A stretch of DNA of 47,854 nt, taken from Syntrophomonas sp. (GTDB lineage: Bacteria > Bacillota > Syntrophomonadia > Syntrophomonadales > Syntrophomonadaceae). A program made the translations under genes and the position numbers. Position 1 is the first letter of the stretch; each line of letters begins with the position of its first letter. The stretch covers positions 1-47,854 of the forward strand of contig PWPP01000007.1 of NCBI GenBank assembly GCA_003558625.1. Direction: 5' to 3'. Below are positions 18,159-27,820 of the stretch, piece by piece. The notes below the pieces were generated by a model. It made no database searches, was not told the DNA's origin, and worked only from the letters and a program-made list of their open reading frames with translations.

Positions 18159-19352
18159 ATGATTAGTTTACCGGAATATATTGGGGTGTCTGCATTTGGC
18201 ATTAAAATGGGAGTTATCGGCCCGGGAAGTGATTTATTAAACATGGTGTATACATCCCTTGAAAAATGCGACCGGGATGGCCTCTTACACGACGGTGATG
18301 CCGTGTGTATAACTGAATCCGTCCTGGCCCGTTCACAAAACAACTATGTAACGATAAATGATATTGTAACAGATGTATACCAGGCACTTCAGATCAATAG
18401 CCGCAGCACCCTGGGAATTGTGTTTCCCTTGCTGAGCCGCAACAGATTTTCTTTAATAATAAAAGCCCTGGCAAAAGCTGTTAAGGATGGAGAAGTGATT
18501 GTGCAATTCTCTCATCCCGCCGATGAAGTGGGGAACCAACTCTTGCCCCGGGAATATGCAGAAGAGAGAGGGTTAAAGGAATGTGATATTATTCACTGTG
18601 AGGACATAATCGGAGAAAGGTTTAAACATCCGATAACCCAGATAGATTATATGGGGCTTTACCAGGAGATTATTTTGGAACAAGGTGCCCGGGCCACTAT
18701 ATTCTTATGTAATGATCCGGCTAAGATATTGAATTTTAATCCCCAGGCGGTCATTGTGGCCAATGTTCATAACCGTTTTCATGTAATGAAAAAAATCAAA
18801 CAAAACGGGTTTGACAATGTTATTACCCTGCAGGAGTTATGTAATGATGAGCGTGATGCCTGGTCCGAATGGGGGCTTCTGGGCAGCAATTTATCTTCCA
18901 ATGACAAATTGAAACTGGCTCCCCGGGAAGCAGACCAGTTTGCTTGCGATGTACAGGGAAAAGTTCTTCAGGGGTTGGGAAAAAAAGTTGAAGTGATTAT
19001 TTATGGTGATGGGGCCTATTGTGATCCTTCTACCGGCATATATGAACTGGCCGACCCCCAACCGGCATTCGGAAAAACAGCAGGTTTGCAGGGGCACTAC
19101 CGGGAAGGCTTTAAATACAAGTACCTGGTAGACAAAATGTTAGACCAGGGCAGTCAGCTAGATGCTATTGCAGCTTCTTTGCTGGATAGAAAAACTGCTC
19201 TTTGCGAGCGCAGCTCGATGGATTCCCAGGGAACGACCCCTAGAAAAACGGAAGATTTAATCGCCAGCTTAGCGGACTTGATCAGTGGATCCGCCGATGC
19301 GGGCACACCTTTAATTATCGTTAAGGGATTTTTGAACAAGAGAAATATGTAG
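18159..19352 (+). CDS. CofE-like (F420-0:gamma-glutamyl ligase fold family) protein, long form, function unknown
   Basis: Patterns colinear with my memory of CofE: DGDAVCITESVLARSQ, GLLGSNLSSN, LAPREADQFA, VEVIIYGDG and C-terminal GTPLIIVKGF. The ATG at 18159 lies 8 nt after AAAAAGGG; the track start at 18150 is a GTG. Confidence 0.5.
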   Translation: MISLPEYIGVSAFGIKMGVIGPGSDLLNMVYTSLEKCDRDGLLHDGDAVCITESVLARSQNNYVTINDIVTDVYQALQINSRSTLGIVFPLLSRNRFSLIIKALAKAVKDGEVIVQFSHPADEVGNQLLPREYAEERGLKECDIIHCEDIIGERFKHPITQIDYMGLYQEIILEQGARATIFLCNDPAKILNFNPQAVIVANVHNRFHVMKKIKQNGFDNVITLQELCNDERDAWSEWGLLGSNLSSNDKLKLAPREADQFACDVQGKVLQGLGKKVEVIIYGDGAYCDPSTGIYELADPQPAFGKTAGLQGHYREGFKYKYLVDKMLDQGSQLDAIAASLLDRKTALCERSSMDSQGTTPRKTEDLIASLADLISGSADAGTPLIIVKGFLNKRNM

Positions 19353-19408
19353 TCGCTGCCATCCCATGTAACGATATTGAAGATTGATGGGAATTTATTC
19401 GATTAATA

Positions 19409-19531
19409 ATGGAGGTGGATGTCCAGGTGGAAGAATTAGTCAGACAGGTTAAAGCCGATTTAATCAGCACTGTGATTTGGTTTATTATTGCGGTTTCCAT
19501 TGCCGGGGGTTTGTACTATTTTTTCTGGTAA
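19409..19531 (+). CDS. Possible 40-aa small membrane protein
   Basis: MEVDVQVEELVRQVKADLISTVIWFIIAVSIAGGLYYFFW has an amphipathic N-terminus and one hydrophobic helix. A GGAGGTG sequence overlaps the start region and would serve the in-frame GTG at 19427 as a Shine-Dalgarno (about 8 nt spacing) better than the ATG at 19409, which it overlaps. Too short for the ORF track. No homology known to me. Confidence 0.3.
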   Translation: MEVDVQVEELVRQVKADLISTVIWFIIAVSIAGGLYYFFW

Positions 19532-19655
19532 CCACATAACCCGGGTGGACGCAGCGTTGATTGACGCACAACCAGTCCATATAATATCATTTGGCAAATA
19601 CCCTCAGGGGGTATAAGACGAGATAAATAAAGAAAAGAGATAGGAGGTTATACAT

Positions 19656-19976
19656 ATGTCTCAGGTTAAGATTGTAAATGAAGATAATTTTGAAGCAGAA
19701 GTTCTCCAGTCTGCATTGCCGGTGCTGGTAGATTTTTGGGCTCCCTGGTGTGGACCCTGTAAAATCGTGGGCCCGGTAGTTGAAGCCCTGGCTCAGGAGA
19801 ATGAGGGGAAAATCATAGTGGCGAAGATTAATGTAGATGAAAATAAAAATTTGGCTGTCCAGCATGGTGTTCGCGGGATACCCACTCTGGCTGTTTTTAA
19901 GGGAGGCCAGGAAGTGAAACGGATTGTAGGTGCTCAGGGTAAAGATCAGTTGCAAAAAGTCATAGATGAAGTCTAA
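19656..19976 (+). CDS. trxA: Thioredoxin
   Basis: 106 aa. WAPWCGPCK active site. A TAGGAGG RBS lies upstream. Confidence 0.95.
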   Translation: MSQVKIVNEDNFEAEVLQSALPVLVDFWAPWCGPCKIVGPVVEALAQENEGKIIVAKINVDENKNLAVQHGVRGIPTLAVFKGGQEVKRIVGAQGKDQLQKVIDEV

Positions 19977-19980
19977 ACGG

Positions 19981-21285
19981 CTATCTTTGTTTTCCCGGAT
20001 ACAACTCATCTAAAAATAGTTTCATTTGGGACTCGCTTTTGTTATCCCCCGGATGATAAAAAATTTTATTTTTTACCGGGGGGGGGAGATATTCCTGCTC
20101 TATATAACCGCCATAATCATGGGGATACTTATAGCCCGTTTTAATCGTATTGGAGTGGGAGTTGTCCTTTAAATGGGGTGGAACGGCGATCCGTTTTTGT
20201 TCCCGGACCGTGGCTATGGCTTTATCAATGGCAGTGATACAACTATTACTTTTGGGGGCAGTACTGAGATAAATAGCAGTTTCAGCCAGGGTAATCCGGC
20301 CTTCTGGCATCCCCGTAAAATCAACGGCATAGGCATTGGCCACAGCAAGAACCAGGGCATGGGGATCAGCCAGGCCAATATCTTCTGCGGCATGGACAAT
20401 GAGTCGGCGGGCAATATATTTGGGGTCCTCACCACCTTCCAGCATTACAGCCAACCAAAATATCGCAGCATCCGGGTCAGAGCCCCGGATGCTTTTAATA
20501 AAAGCCGATATCGCATCATATGCTTCTTGCCGGTCATAGGGCAGATACCTTTTCCCGGTCACATTTTTTAGCAAATCCAGGTTTATTACCAGAGGGGAAC
20601 CCTCTTTTTTATAAGAGTTAGCCAGTGCATCGATCATATTAAGGGCAATTCTGGCATCTCCTTTTGCCTCCTGAAGAATAACGGGCCATGCAGGTTCTGC
20701 TATTTCTATCTCCATCAGAGCCAGTCCCTTTTCCGGGTCCCGGAGGGCACGGTTGATGATAGTTCTGATCGCATTTTCATTCAATGCTTCCAGTACGTAT
20801 ATTTTTAGCCTGGACAACAGGGCATTGTTTAATTCATAGAGAGGGTTTTCCGTAGTAGCGCCGATGAGGGTTAAAGTGCCGTCTTCAACAAAAGGCAGGA
20901 GAACATCCTGTTGGGATTTATTAAAACGATGGATTTCGTCGACAAAGAGTATCGTTTTTTGCCGGTATAGTTTTTGATATTCCAGGGCATCGGCAGCAAT
21001 TTTTCTGATTTCACTGACGCCGGCAGACACTGCCCGCAAGGGGATAAACCTGGAACTGGTCAAACGCGCAATAATTTGGGCCAGGCTGGTTTTTCCCGTT
21101 CCCGGAGGACCGTAGAGGACAAAGGAATGGATTTTATCCTTTTCCAGGGCCTGGCGCAAGGGAGCACCGGGTCCGATCATATGGTCCTGGCCTACAATCT
21201 GATCCAGATTTTCCGGTCGCATGCGATAAGCCAGTGGAGCCATGCCGGTATGGGTTGGGCCGGCTGGAAAATCAAAAAGGTCCAA
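19981..21285 (-). CDS. rarA: Replication-associated recombination protein A (AAA+ ATPase)
   Basis: [44 protein letters not shown] and a MgsA C-terminal domain. The TTG at 21285 has an AGGAGG RBS 7 nt upstream. The track start (21375) and the ATG at 21324 are alternatives. Confidence 0.9.
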   Translation of the reverse strand: MDLFDFPAGPTHTGMAPLAYRMRPENLDQIVGQDHMIGPGAPLRQALEKDKIHSFVLYGPPGTGKTSLAQIIARLTSSRFIPLRAVSAGVSEIRKIAADALEYQKLYRQKTILFVDEIHRFNKSQQDVLLPFVEDGTLTLIGATTENPLYELNNALLSRLKIYVLEALNENAIRTIINRALRDPEKGLALMEIEIAEPAWPVILQEAKGDARIALNMIDALANSYKKEGSPLVINLDLLKNVTGKRYLPYDRQEAYDAISAFIKSIRGSDPDAAIFWLAVMLEGGEDPKYIARRLIVHAAEDIGLADPHALVLAVANAYAVDFTGMPEGRITLAETAIYLSTAPKSNSCITAIDKAIATVREQKRIAVPPHLKDNSHSNTIKTGYKYPHDYGGYIEQEYLPPPVKNKIFYHPGDNKSESQMKLFLDELYPGKQR

Positions 21286-21464
21286 AATAAAACCTCCTAA
21301 TAGATTACTTCCGGTTGCTGTCATTATAACACAGCAAATGCTGCGGGGATAAGGTTGGAGCGGTTGAATAAACACCAGGAATAAAACACCTTTCCCTGGA
21401 AACGGACGGACGGGTTTCTGGAACCGGGGGAAAATCGAAAAACAGTGAAGGGGGCAAAAGAATC

Positions 21465-22478
21465 GTGCGTATTGCAGTATTATTAAGCGGCGGGATAGAT
21501 AGTGCTATAGCGGCCTGGCAACTAAAGGAGCAGGGACATGAGATCAAGGCGCTTACCATGATCAACTGGGATACTTCCATAGCCGAAAAAGCTGCATATG
21601 TTGCCGGTTTTTTAGAAATCCCCCATGAGATTATTGACATTAGACCGGTGTTTCAGCGCCAGGTGGTGCAATACTTTATTAATGAATATGCCCGGGGGCG
21701 TACTCCCAATCCCTGCGTGGAGTGTAATAAACATATTAAGTTTGGGGTGCTACTTGACAGGGCTCTGTCACAGGGGTATGAACGGATCGCTACCGGCCAT
21801 TATGCCCGGATTGAATACTGCCCGGAAAAAAAAAGGTATTTACTCCGCCAGGGAGTAGATTTTTCTAAAGATCAGAGTTATTTTCTTTATGGATTGACCC
21901 AGGCCCAGTTATCCAAAATCATATTTCCCCTGGGAAACCAGAAAAAAGAAGATATCGCAGCCCGAGCCAGAGAATTGGGCCTGAAAACAGCACAAGATCC
22001 TGAAAGCCAGGAAATATGCTTTGTGCCCGGGGATTACCGCATTTTTTTACAAGAACATCTTGAGGCCCAAAAAGGCGATATGGTTGACACTACTAAAGAA
22101 ATAGTAGGACAGCATAAAGGCCTTTACCAATACACGATCGGGCAGCGCCGGGGGCTGGGTATTTCCAGGAGTACCCCGGTTTATGTGATCGCCATTGATC
22201 CTGTTTCTAACCGGTTGCTTATCGGAGAAGAGAAGGATTTATACCGCCGGGAACTGGAATGCGAGGACAACAACATCATATTACATGAAGAAGTGCCTTC
22301 TACCCTGGAAGTCATGGCAAAAATAAGATATCAGGCGCCGGGGGCTGCGGCCACAATATTTAGCGGCCAGGAAAAAATCAACGTACGCTTTGACCAGCCC
22401 CAAAGGGCTGTTACCCCGGGACAATCGGTAGTTTTCTACCGGGGAGATTATGTGGTGGGAGGTGGGATTATCTGTTAA
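21465..22478 (+). CDS. mnmA: tRNA 2-thiouridine(34) synthase
   Basis: 337 aa with a GTG start. PP-loop LLSGGIDSA, NPCVECN and GHYAR motifs. Confidence 0.93.
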   Translation: MRIAVLLSGGIDSAIAAWQLKEQGHEIKALTMINWDTSIAEKAAYVAGFLEIPHEIIDIRPVFQRQVVQYFINEYARGRTPNPCVECNKHIKFGVLLDRALSQGYERIATGHYARIEYCPEKKRYLLRQGVDFSKDQSYFLYGLTQAQLSKIIFPLGNQKKEDIAARARELGLKTAQDPESQEICFVPGDYRIFLQEHLEAQKGDMVDTTKEIVGQHKGLYQYTIGQRRGLGISRSTPVYVIAIDPVSNRLLIGEEKDLYRRELECEDNNIILHEEVPSTLEVMAKIRYQAPGAAATIFSGQEKINVRFDQPQRAVTPGQSVVFYRGDYVVGGGIIC

Positions 22479-22661
22479 TGACCCGGGGCACTACAGCTTA
22501 ATTCCTGTTGATTAAACCGGATGCATTCTAAGTCCCACCAGGTTAACAGAACGGTTAAAGACCTTTAATGACCGAGAGTCCTATAAGGGTTATTGACATA
22601 CATACGTTTATCCATGAAAATAAAAAGATAGATTTAATTAGGGAAAGAGGGGGCAAGGTTT

Positions 22662-25301
22662 GTGTGGAATAGTAGTACAATAAGAAAGGCTTTTTTAGAT
22701 TATTTTCAAGAGCGCGATCATACCATCATAGAAAGTTCTTCACTGGTTCCGATAAATGACCCTACCTTATTATTTGCCAACGCAGGGATGAATCAGTTCA
22801 AAGATCTATTCCTGGGGATAGAAAAGCGAGGATACGATAAGGCAGCAACGTCTCAAAAATGTGTCCGGGCAGGCGGCAAACGCAGTGATTTGGAAATAGT
22901 AGGAAAAACCAAGCGGCATCACACTTTTTTTGAGATGCTGGGGAACTTCTCTTTTGGGGATTACTTTAAAAGAGAGGCGATTTTTTATGCCTGGGATTTT
23001 TTGACCCGGGAAGTTGAATTGCCCAGGGAAAAACTGTATATAACGATTTTCGAGGATGATGATGAAGCCCATGATTTGTGGCAGGAAATAGCAAATGTTG
23101 ATCCCAGCCGTATTATCAGGATGGGAGAAGAGGACAATTTTTGGGCTATGGGAGATACCGGACCCTGTGGTCCCTGCAGTGAAATCATGTATGACCGGGG
23201 AGAAGAACATACCTGTGATGCTGCTGTTTGCGGACTTGGTCATTGTGATTGTGACCGCTGGCTGGAACTGTGGAATCTGGTTTTTATGCAATACAACAAA
23301 GAGCCTGGTGGAGAATTATCTCCCCTGCCCAAGCCCAGCATTGATACCGGGATGGGATTAGAACGGATTGCATCGGTGCTGCAGAAAGTTGACAGCAACT
23401 TTGACACCGATCTCTTTATACCTATTATCGAGAAAATCGAAGAATTAGCCGGGCAAAAATATCAGAAAGATGACAAAGGTTTTCCTTTCCGGGTTATTGC
23501 CGATCATAGCCGGGCCTGCACATTTCTTATCGGAGATGGGGTCATCCCCAGTAATGACGGTCGAGGCTATGTATTGCGACGGATTTTGCGCCGGGCGGTG
23601 CGCTTCGGAAAATTCCTGGGTATAGAGCGACCTTTTTTATACCAGTGTGTTGATGTGGTAAGTGATATCATGAAAGATACATATCCTGATCTGGAGGAGA
23701 AGAAAGATTTTATTAAACAGGTAATACAATTAGAGGAAGAACGCTTCCTGGTTACGTTAAATGAAGGAATAAAAAAAGTAGAAGAAATCATCCGCCAGGC
23801 CCGGAAGCAGGAGCGTAACATCATTTTAGGCGAAGAAGCCTTCATGCTTTATGACACTTACGGCTTTCCCATTGACCTCACCGAAGATATGGCGGAGGAA
23901 AAACAATTTTCTGTGGACAAACAAGGCTTTGAGACCATGATGGAACAACAGAGGGAAAGAGCCCGGAAAGCTGGGAAAGCAGAGCATGCCTTTGCCCAGG
24001 ACAAGCTGTTTTCCGATTTGTTAGCCCCGGTTCCTGCCACCATCTTTACCGGATATGATACCCTGGAACAAACATCAACCGTATTAGCCATTATTCTTAA
24101 CGGGGTTATTGTAGAAACCGTCAGTGATGAAAATGTCTATGTGGTTCTGGCTCAGACTCCCTTTTATGCCGAAAGCGGGGGGCAGGTGACAGATACCGGG
24201 ATGATAAAAAACCAGGATGGTCTGCTGCAGGTGGAAAGCGTCCGCCAGGTATCAGACTGGATTATTCATTACGGCAAACTGGAAGGAACCCTCTCCGTAG
24301 CCCGGGAAGTTGATCTGAAAGTGGATGCGGAAAGAAGACTGAGCATTGCCCGCAACCATACCGCTACCCATCTCCTGCACCGGGCTTTACGAAGTGTACT
24401 GGGAGAGCATGCCCAGCAAAAAGGTTCTCTGGTTGAGCCCGACCGGCTGCGCTTTGACTTTACCCATCTCCAGGCGGTTACCCTGGATGAAATGGAATTA
24501 ATTGAAAGAAAAGTAAATGAAGCCATCTGGCAGCTTTATCAGGTTGAAACCACCAGCACTTCGCTGCAAAAAGCCCGGGATATGGGAGCTACTGCCTTAT
24601 TTGGTGAAGCATATGGAGAGCAGGTCAGGGTTTTGGAAGTCGGGGATTATAGTATGGAACTGTGTGGTGGAACCCATGTCCAAAATACCGGAGAAATCGG
24701 GGTATTTAAGATTATTAATGAAGGAAGTATTGGAGCCGGTCTGAGAAGGATCGAAGCAACCACAGCAATGAAGGCCTTTAATATGTTGAAGGAAAGTGAA
24801 AGCCAGCTCAAGGAAATCGCGGGGGTTTTACGGTCTCATCCGGGGGATGTTCCTTCCAAAATAGAGGCTCTGAATAAAACCATTAAGAAAAAAGAAAAGG
24901 AAATTGAAGGTTTGAAGTCCAGGTTATCCAAAGTTGCTATGGAAGACATGGCCAGCAAAGCTTATGAAATCAACGGGGTTAAAATCCTGGTGGAAGAAGT
25001 GCCGGGGCAGGATATGAATTCCCTGCGGCAGAACGCAGAAAGATTAAGGGATGTTCTGGGGACCTCTGTGATTGTTTTGGCCTCGGCTTTAGACGATAAA
25101 GTAGCCATTGTATCCTTTGCCAGCAAAGATGTAGTGGGCAAGGGTATTCATGCCGGAGATATTGTTGGAGCAGCTTCCAGCGCTGCCGGTGGCGGCGGCG
25201 GGGGGCGCCCCGATATGGCTCAGGCAGGGGCAAAAGATGTTAGCAAAATACCCCTAGCATTGCAGGCAGCAAAAAATTATATAGAAAGCAAGCTGGATTA
25301 A
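22662..25301 (+). CDS. alaS: Alanine-tRNA ligase
   Basis: 879 aa with a GTG start. HTFFEMLGNFSFGDYFK, the editing-domain HTATHLL...CGGTH motif and a C-terminal DHHA1-type GGGGGGRPDMAQAG. Confidence 0.97.
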   Translation: MWNSSTIRKAFLDYFQERDHTIIESSSLVPINDPTLLFANAGMNQFKDLFLGIEKRGYDKAATSQKCVRAGGKRSDLEIVGKTKRHHTFFEMLGNFSFGDYFKREAIFYAWDFLTREVELPREKLYITIFEDDDEAHDLWQEIANVDPSRIIRMGEEDNFWAMGDTGPCGPCSEIMYDRGEEHTCDAAVCGLGHCDCDRWLELWNLVFMQYNKEPGGELSPLPKPSIDTGMGLERIASVLQKVDSNFDTDLFIPIIEKIEELAGQKYQKDDKGFPFRVIADHSRACTFLIGDGVIPSNDGRGYVLRRILRRAVRFGKFLGIERPFLYQCVDVVSDIMKDTYPDLEEKKDFIKQVIQLEEERFLVTLNEGIKKVEEIIRQARKQERNIILGEEAFMLYDTYGFPIDLTEDMAEEKQFSVDKQGFETMMEQQRERARKAGKAEHAFAQDKLFSDLLAPVPATIFTGYDTLEQTSTVLAIILNGVIVETVSDENVYVVLAQTPFYAESGGQVTDTGMIKNQDGLLQVESVRQVSDWIIHYGKLEGTLSVAREVDLKVDAERRLSIARNHTATHLLHRALRSVLGEHAQQKGSLVEPDRLRFDFTHLQAVTLDEMELIERKVNEAIWQLYQVETTSTSLQKARDMGATALFGEAYGEQVRVLEVGDYSMELCGGTHVQNTGEIGVFKIINEGSIGAGLRRIEATTAMKAFNMLKESESQLKEIAGVLRSHPGDVPSKIEALNKTIKKKEKEIEGLKSRLSKVAMEDMASKAYEINGVKILVEEVPGQDMNSLRQNAERLRDVLGTSVIVLASALDDKVAIVSFASKDVVGKGIHAGDIVGAASSAAGGGGGGRPDMAQAGAKDVSKIPLALQAAKNYIESKLD

Positions 25302-25354
25302 ACAGGAACAATGCTTCTGGATGGAGAACACCTGTTTAAGAGGAGGTGTCTACT

Positions 25355-25621
25355 ATGCCTCAGGGATCGGAAGATAAAACCGTTAGTTTCCGCCTGGAGA
25401 AAGACGGAGAGAATAAAGTCCGGAGTATCATCACGGCGGTATACCAGGCCTTGGAAGAAAAAGGCTACAATCCCATCAACCAGCTGGTGGGCTACATGTT
25501 GTCCGGGGATCCGGCTTATATTACAAGTCATAGTGAGGCCAGAGATTTAATCTGCAAGGTGGACCGTGACGAACTTATGGAAGTCATCATAAAAAGCTAC
25601 CTGGAAGAAAAAAGCGGTTAG
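25355..25621 (+). CDS. ireB: IreB/UPF0297 family protein (YrzL-like)
   Basis: [28 protein letters not shown] matches the B. subtilis YrzL core as I remember it. The ATG at 25355 lies 9 nt after AGGAGG; the track start at 25346 is a GTG. Confidence 0.85.
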   Translation: MPQGSEDKTVSFRLEKDGENKVRSIITAVYQALEEKGYNPINQLVGYMLSGDPAYITSHSEARDLICKVDRDELMEVIIKSYLEEKSG

Positions 25622-25705
25622 CCTGGAAGAAGAGCTGCATTATTATCCCCATGTTTCTTTATTTATCATGGGGATTTTTCTATGGAACCCGGGGGGGGGG
25701 TAAGC

Positions 25706-26650
25706 ATGAGGTATCGTCGTTTAGGGTGCAGCAATATCATTGTTTCCGAGCTTTGTCTGGGGGTGTTGACGATCGGCCCCCTGCAAAAAAATCTTCTCCT
25801 GGAAGAAGGGGCCGGTGTAATTGCCTACGCCCTGGAACGGGGGATTACTTTTCTGGATACGGCTGAAGCGTATAAAACCTATAAATATATTAAAGAGGCT
25901 TTGGTCATGACTGGTTTGAAACCGGTTATTGCATCCAAGTCCTATGCCTATACCGGCCGGGCCATGAAAATCAGTGTGGAAAAAGCTTTGGATGAAATGG
26001 GTCTTTCTAACCTGGATATCTTTTTGCTCCATGAACAGGAAAACGAACAAACCCTTAGAGGCCATGAAGAAGCTCTCCGCTATCTGCTTAAAGCCCGGGA
26101 AAAAGGCATGATTAAAGCCGTAGGACTATCTACCCACACTATTGCCGGGGTAAGGGCAGGAAGCAGGCGCCGGGAAATTGAAATCATCCATCCCTTAATC
26201 AATATTCAGGGGCTGGGGATTATAGATGGTACCCGGGATCAAATGCTGGCAGCCATTAAAGAGGCTTGCCAAAAGGGAAAAGGTTTGTATGCCATGAAAG
26301 CATTTGGGGGTGGAAACTTAGTCCGGCAGGCCTATGAAGCGTTTCAGTTTATCAATCATAACCCGGATATCCACAGTACCGCGATAGGTATGAAAAACCG
26401 AGCAGAAATCGATTTGAATATTGCCTGGAGTCAAGGCAGAAGATGTGTAGAACTGGAAGCAGAGATTGGGAGCCAGAATAAAAAGCTGTTAATTGAAGAT
26501 TGGTGCCACGGATGTGGTAGTTGTGTAGAGGCCTGCCACCAGGAAGCATTGTCTATCATAGGGGAAAAGGTATATATAGAAGAAGACAAATGTATCCTGT
26601 GTGGCTATTGCTCACAATATTGTGTCGATTTCTGTATCAAAATCATTTAG
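25706..26650 (+). CDS. Aldo/keto reductase fused to a C-terminal 2x[4Fe-4S] ferredoxin domain
   Basis: MRYRRLG...SELCLG and FLDTAEAY are N-terminal AKR motifs. The C-terminus carries CHGCGSCVEAC and CILCGYCSQYC. The ATG at 25706 follows a G-rich RBS. Confidence 0.8.
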   Translation: MRYRRLGCSNIIVSELCLGVLTIGPLQKNLLLEEGAGVIAYALERGITFLDTAEAYKTYKYIKEALVMTGLKPVIASKSYAYTGRAMKISVEKALDEMGLSNLDIFLLHEQENEQTLRGHEEALRYLLKAREKGMIKAVGLSTHTIAGVRAGSRRREIEIIHPLINIQGLGIIDGTRDQMLAAIKEACQKGKGLYAMKAFGGGNLVRQAYEAFQFINHNPDIHSTAIGMKNRAEIDLNIAWSQGRRCVELEAEIGSQNKKLLIEDWCHGCGSCVEACHQEALSIIGEKVYIEEDKCILCGYCSQYCVDFCIKII

Positions 26651-26659
26651 GAGTAAAAG

Positions 26660-27070
26660 ATGAGGATATTAGGATTGGATATTGGTGAAAAACGAATAGG
26701 GGTAGCAGTCAGTGATCCCATGGGTTGGACTGCGCAGGGTCTATTTACCCTGACCCGGGGAAAACTTCCCGAAGATTTATTGGAGATCCAAGCGATTTGT
26801 CAAAAGTACGAGGCGGAAAAAGTTGTAGTGGGGTATCCTATTAACATGAACGGGACGATCGGGCCTAAAGCCCTGGAAGTGAAGGAATTTGCCCGGATGT
26901 TGGAAGAAAGACTGCAGCTCCCCATCGAATTATGGGATGAACGATTAACCTCCCGGGCTGCGGAGCGGGTTTTGCTGGAAGCTGATATTTCGAGGAGGAA
27001 ACGGAAAAAAGTATTGGATAAACTGGCAGCGGTGGGTATACTGCAGTCATATCTTGACTGCAAGACGTAA
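26660..27070 (+). CDS. ruvX: Holliday junction resolvase-like / pre-16S rRNA nuclease (YqgF family)
   Basis: 136 aa. MRILGLDIGEKRIGVAVSD N-terminus and DERLTS motif. Confidence 0.93.
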   Translation: MRILGLDIGEKRIGVAVSDPMGWTAQGLFTLTRGKLPEDLLEIQAICQKYEAEKVVVGYPINMNGTIGPKALEVKEFARMLEERLQLPIELWDERLTSRAAERVLLEADISRRKRKKVLDKLAAVGILQSYLDCKT

Positions 27071-27145
27071 AAATCCCAGGGCTGGTTTGACAAGGAATGA
27101 GGTTAATATTAGAATGATTTAAGTCTTTAGAAAGAGGTGTAGATA

Positions 27146-27445
27146 TTGGATAATGAAGAATATTTTGATGAAGAAACTCCCATACTGGTGTTAGTGGACG
27201 AAGAAGGCCAGGAACATCTGTTTGAGCTGTTGGCAGAAATTGAGATTGAAGAAACAAAATACCGGGTGCTGGTTCCTGTTGTTGAAGAAGAAGAGGATAT
27301 AGATGAAATGGAAGCGGAAGTAGTGCTTTTGAAAGTGGTCTTAAATGAAGCCGGCGAAGAAATGTTGAGCGATATTGAAGATGATGAAGAATGGGAAATG
27401 GTGGCAGATACCTGGCAGGAACTGTTAGCCGAAAATGAATTATAA
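27146..27445 (+). CDS. DUF1292/UPF0473 family protein (YrzB-like)
   Basis: 99 aa, acidic. The ILVLVDEEGQEHLFELL...YRVLVPV core is typical of the family. TTG start. Sits in the conserved position after ruvX. Confidence 0.8.
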   Translation: MDNEEYFDEETPILVLVDEEGQEHLFELLAEIEIEETKYRVLVPVVEEEEDIDEMEAEVVLLKVVLNEAGEEMLSDIEDDEEWEMVADTWQELLAENEL

Positions 27446-27470
27446 GCAGAAAACCGCCGGGTTTTTCTGC
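27446..27470 (+). terminator. Hairpin directly after the DUF1292 gene stop (possible terminator, no U-tail)
   Basis: GCAGAAAACC / GG(T)TTTTCTGC gives a 10-bp stem with one bulge and a GCCG loop. No T-run follows, so its function is uncertain. Confidence 0.4.
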
Positions 27471-27820
27471 GATCTATAACAATGATGCCGGATTCGTATC
27501 ATCAAGCCCAGCCTACCCTTTTAAAATCCCTGGCTGTTGAACCGGGAAAAACGCCATGGAAGCTTAATTTTGGGGTCATACAAAATGTCTTTCCCAAAGG
27601 ATTGTTTTCATATTAAAATATAATTAGTAAGGGCTAAAGAGGCATGGCCTTTTATCCGATAGACCCGGATAAGACTAGATATGGTTATGCCCTGGTAAAC
27701 CTGTTGGCACTTGCCCCGGCAGGGCCGGGGCTTTAGGCATGCCTGGAAAAATGTAAATCAGGTGCCTGAGGCATCTTCCGGAGAAGATGCTCGTTGTTTC
27801 TCACAAATGGAGGACTGAAT

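Noticed and set aside
17855-18343. 162-aa minus-strand ORF spanning the fab/CofE-like spacer.
   Set aside because: It has no RBS and no recognisable motif. Its composition is Ser/Pro/Phe-rich and it overlaps the start of the better-supported plus-strand gene, so it is probably spurious.
22479-22661. Possible T-box leader upstream of alaS, as found in many Firmicutes.
   Set aside because: I could not find the conserved T-box sequence (AANNNGGGTGGTACCGCG-like), a specifier-loop architecture or a terminator. Only a weak promoter-like TTGACA is present at about 22594.
27482-27628. 48-codon ORF (MMPDSYHQAQ...) in the spacer upstream of vanW.
   Set aside because: There is no Shine-Dalgarno sequence and no recognisable features. 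The region is better explained as a structured leader.
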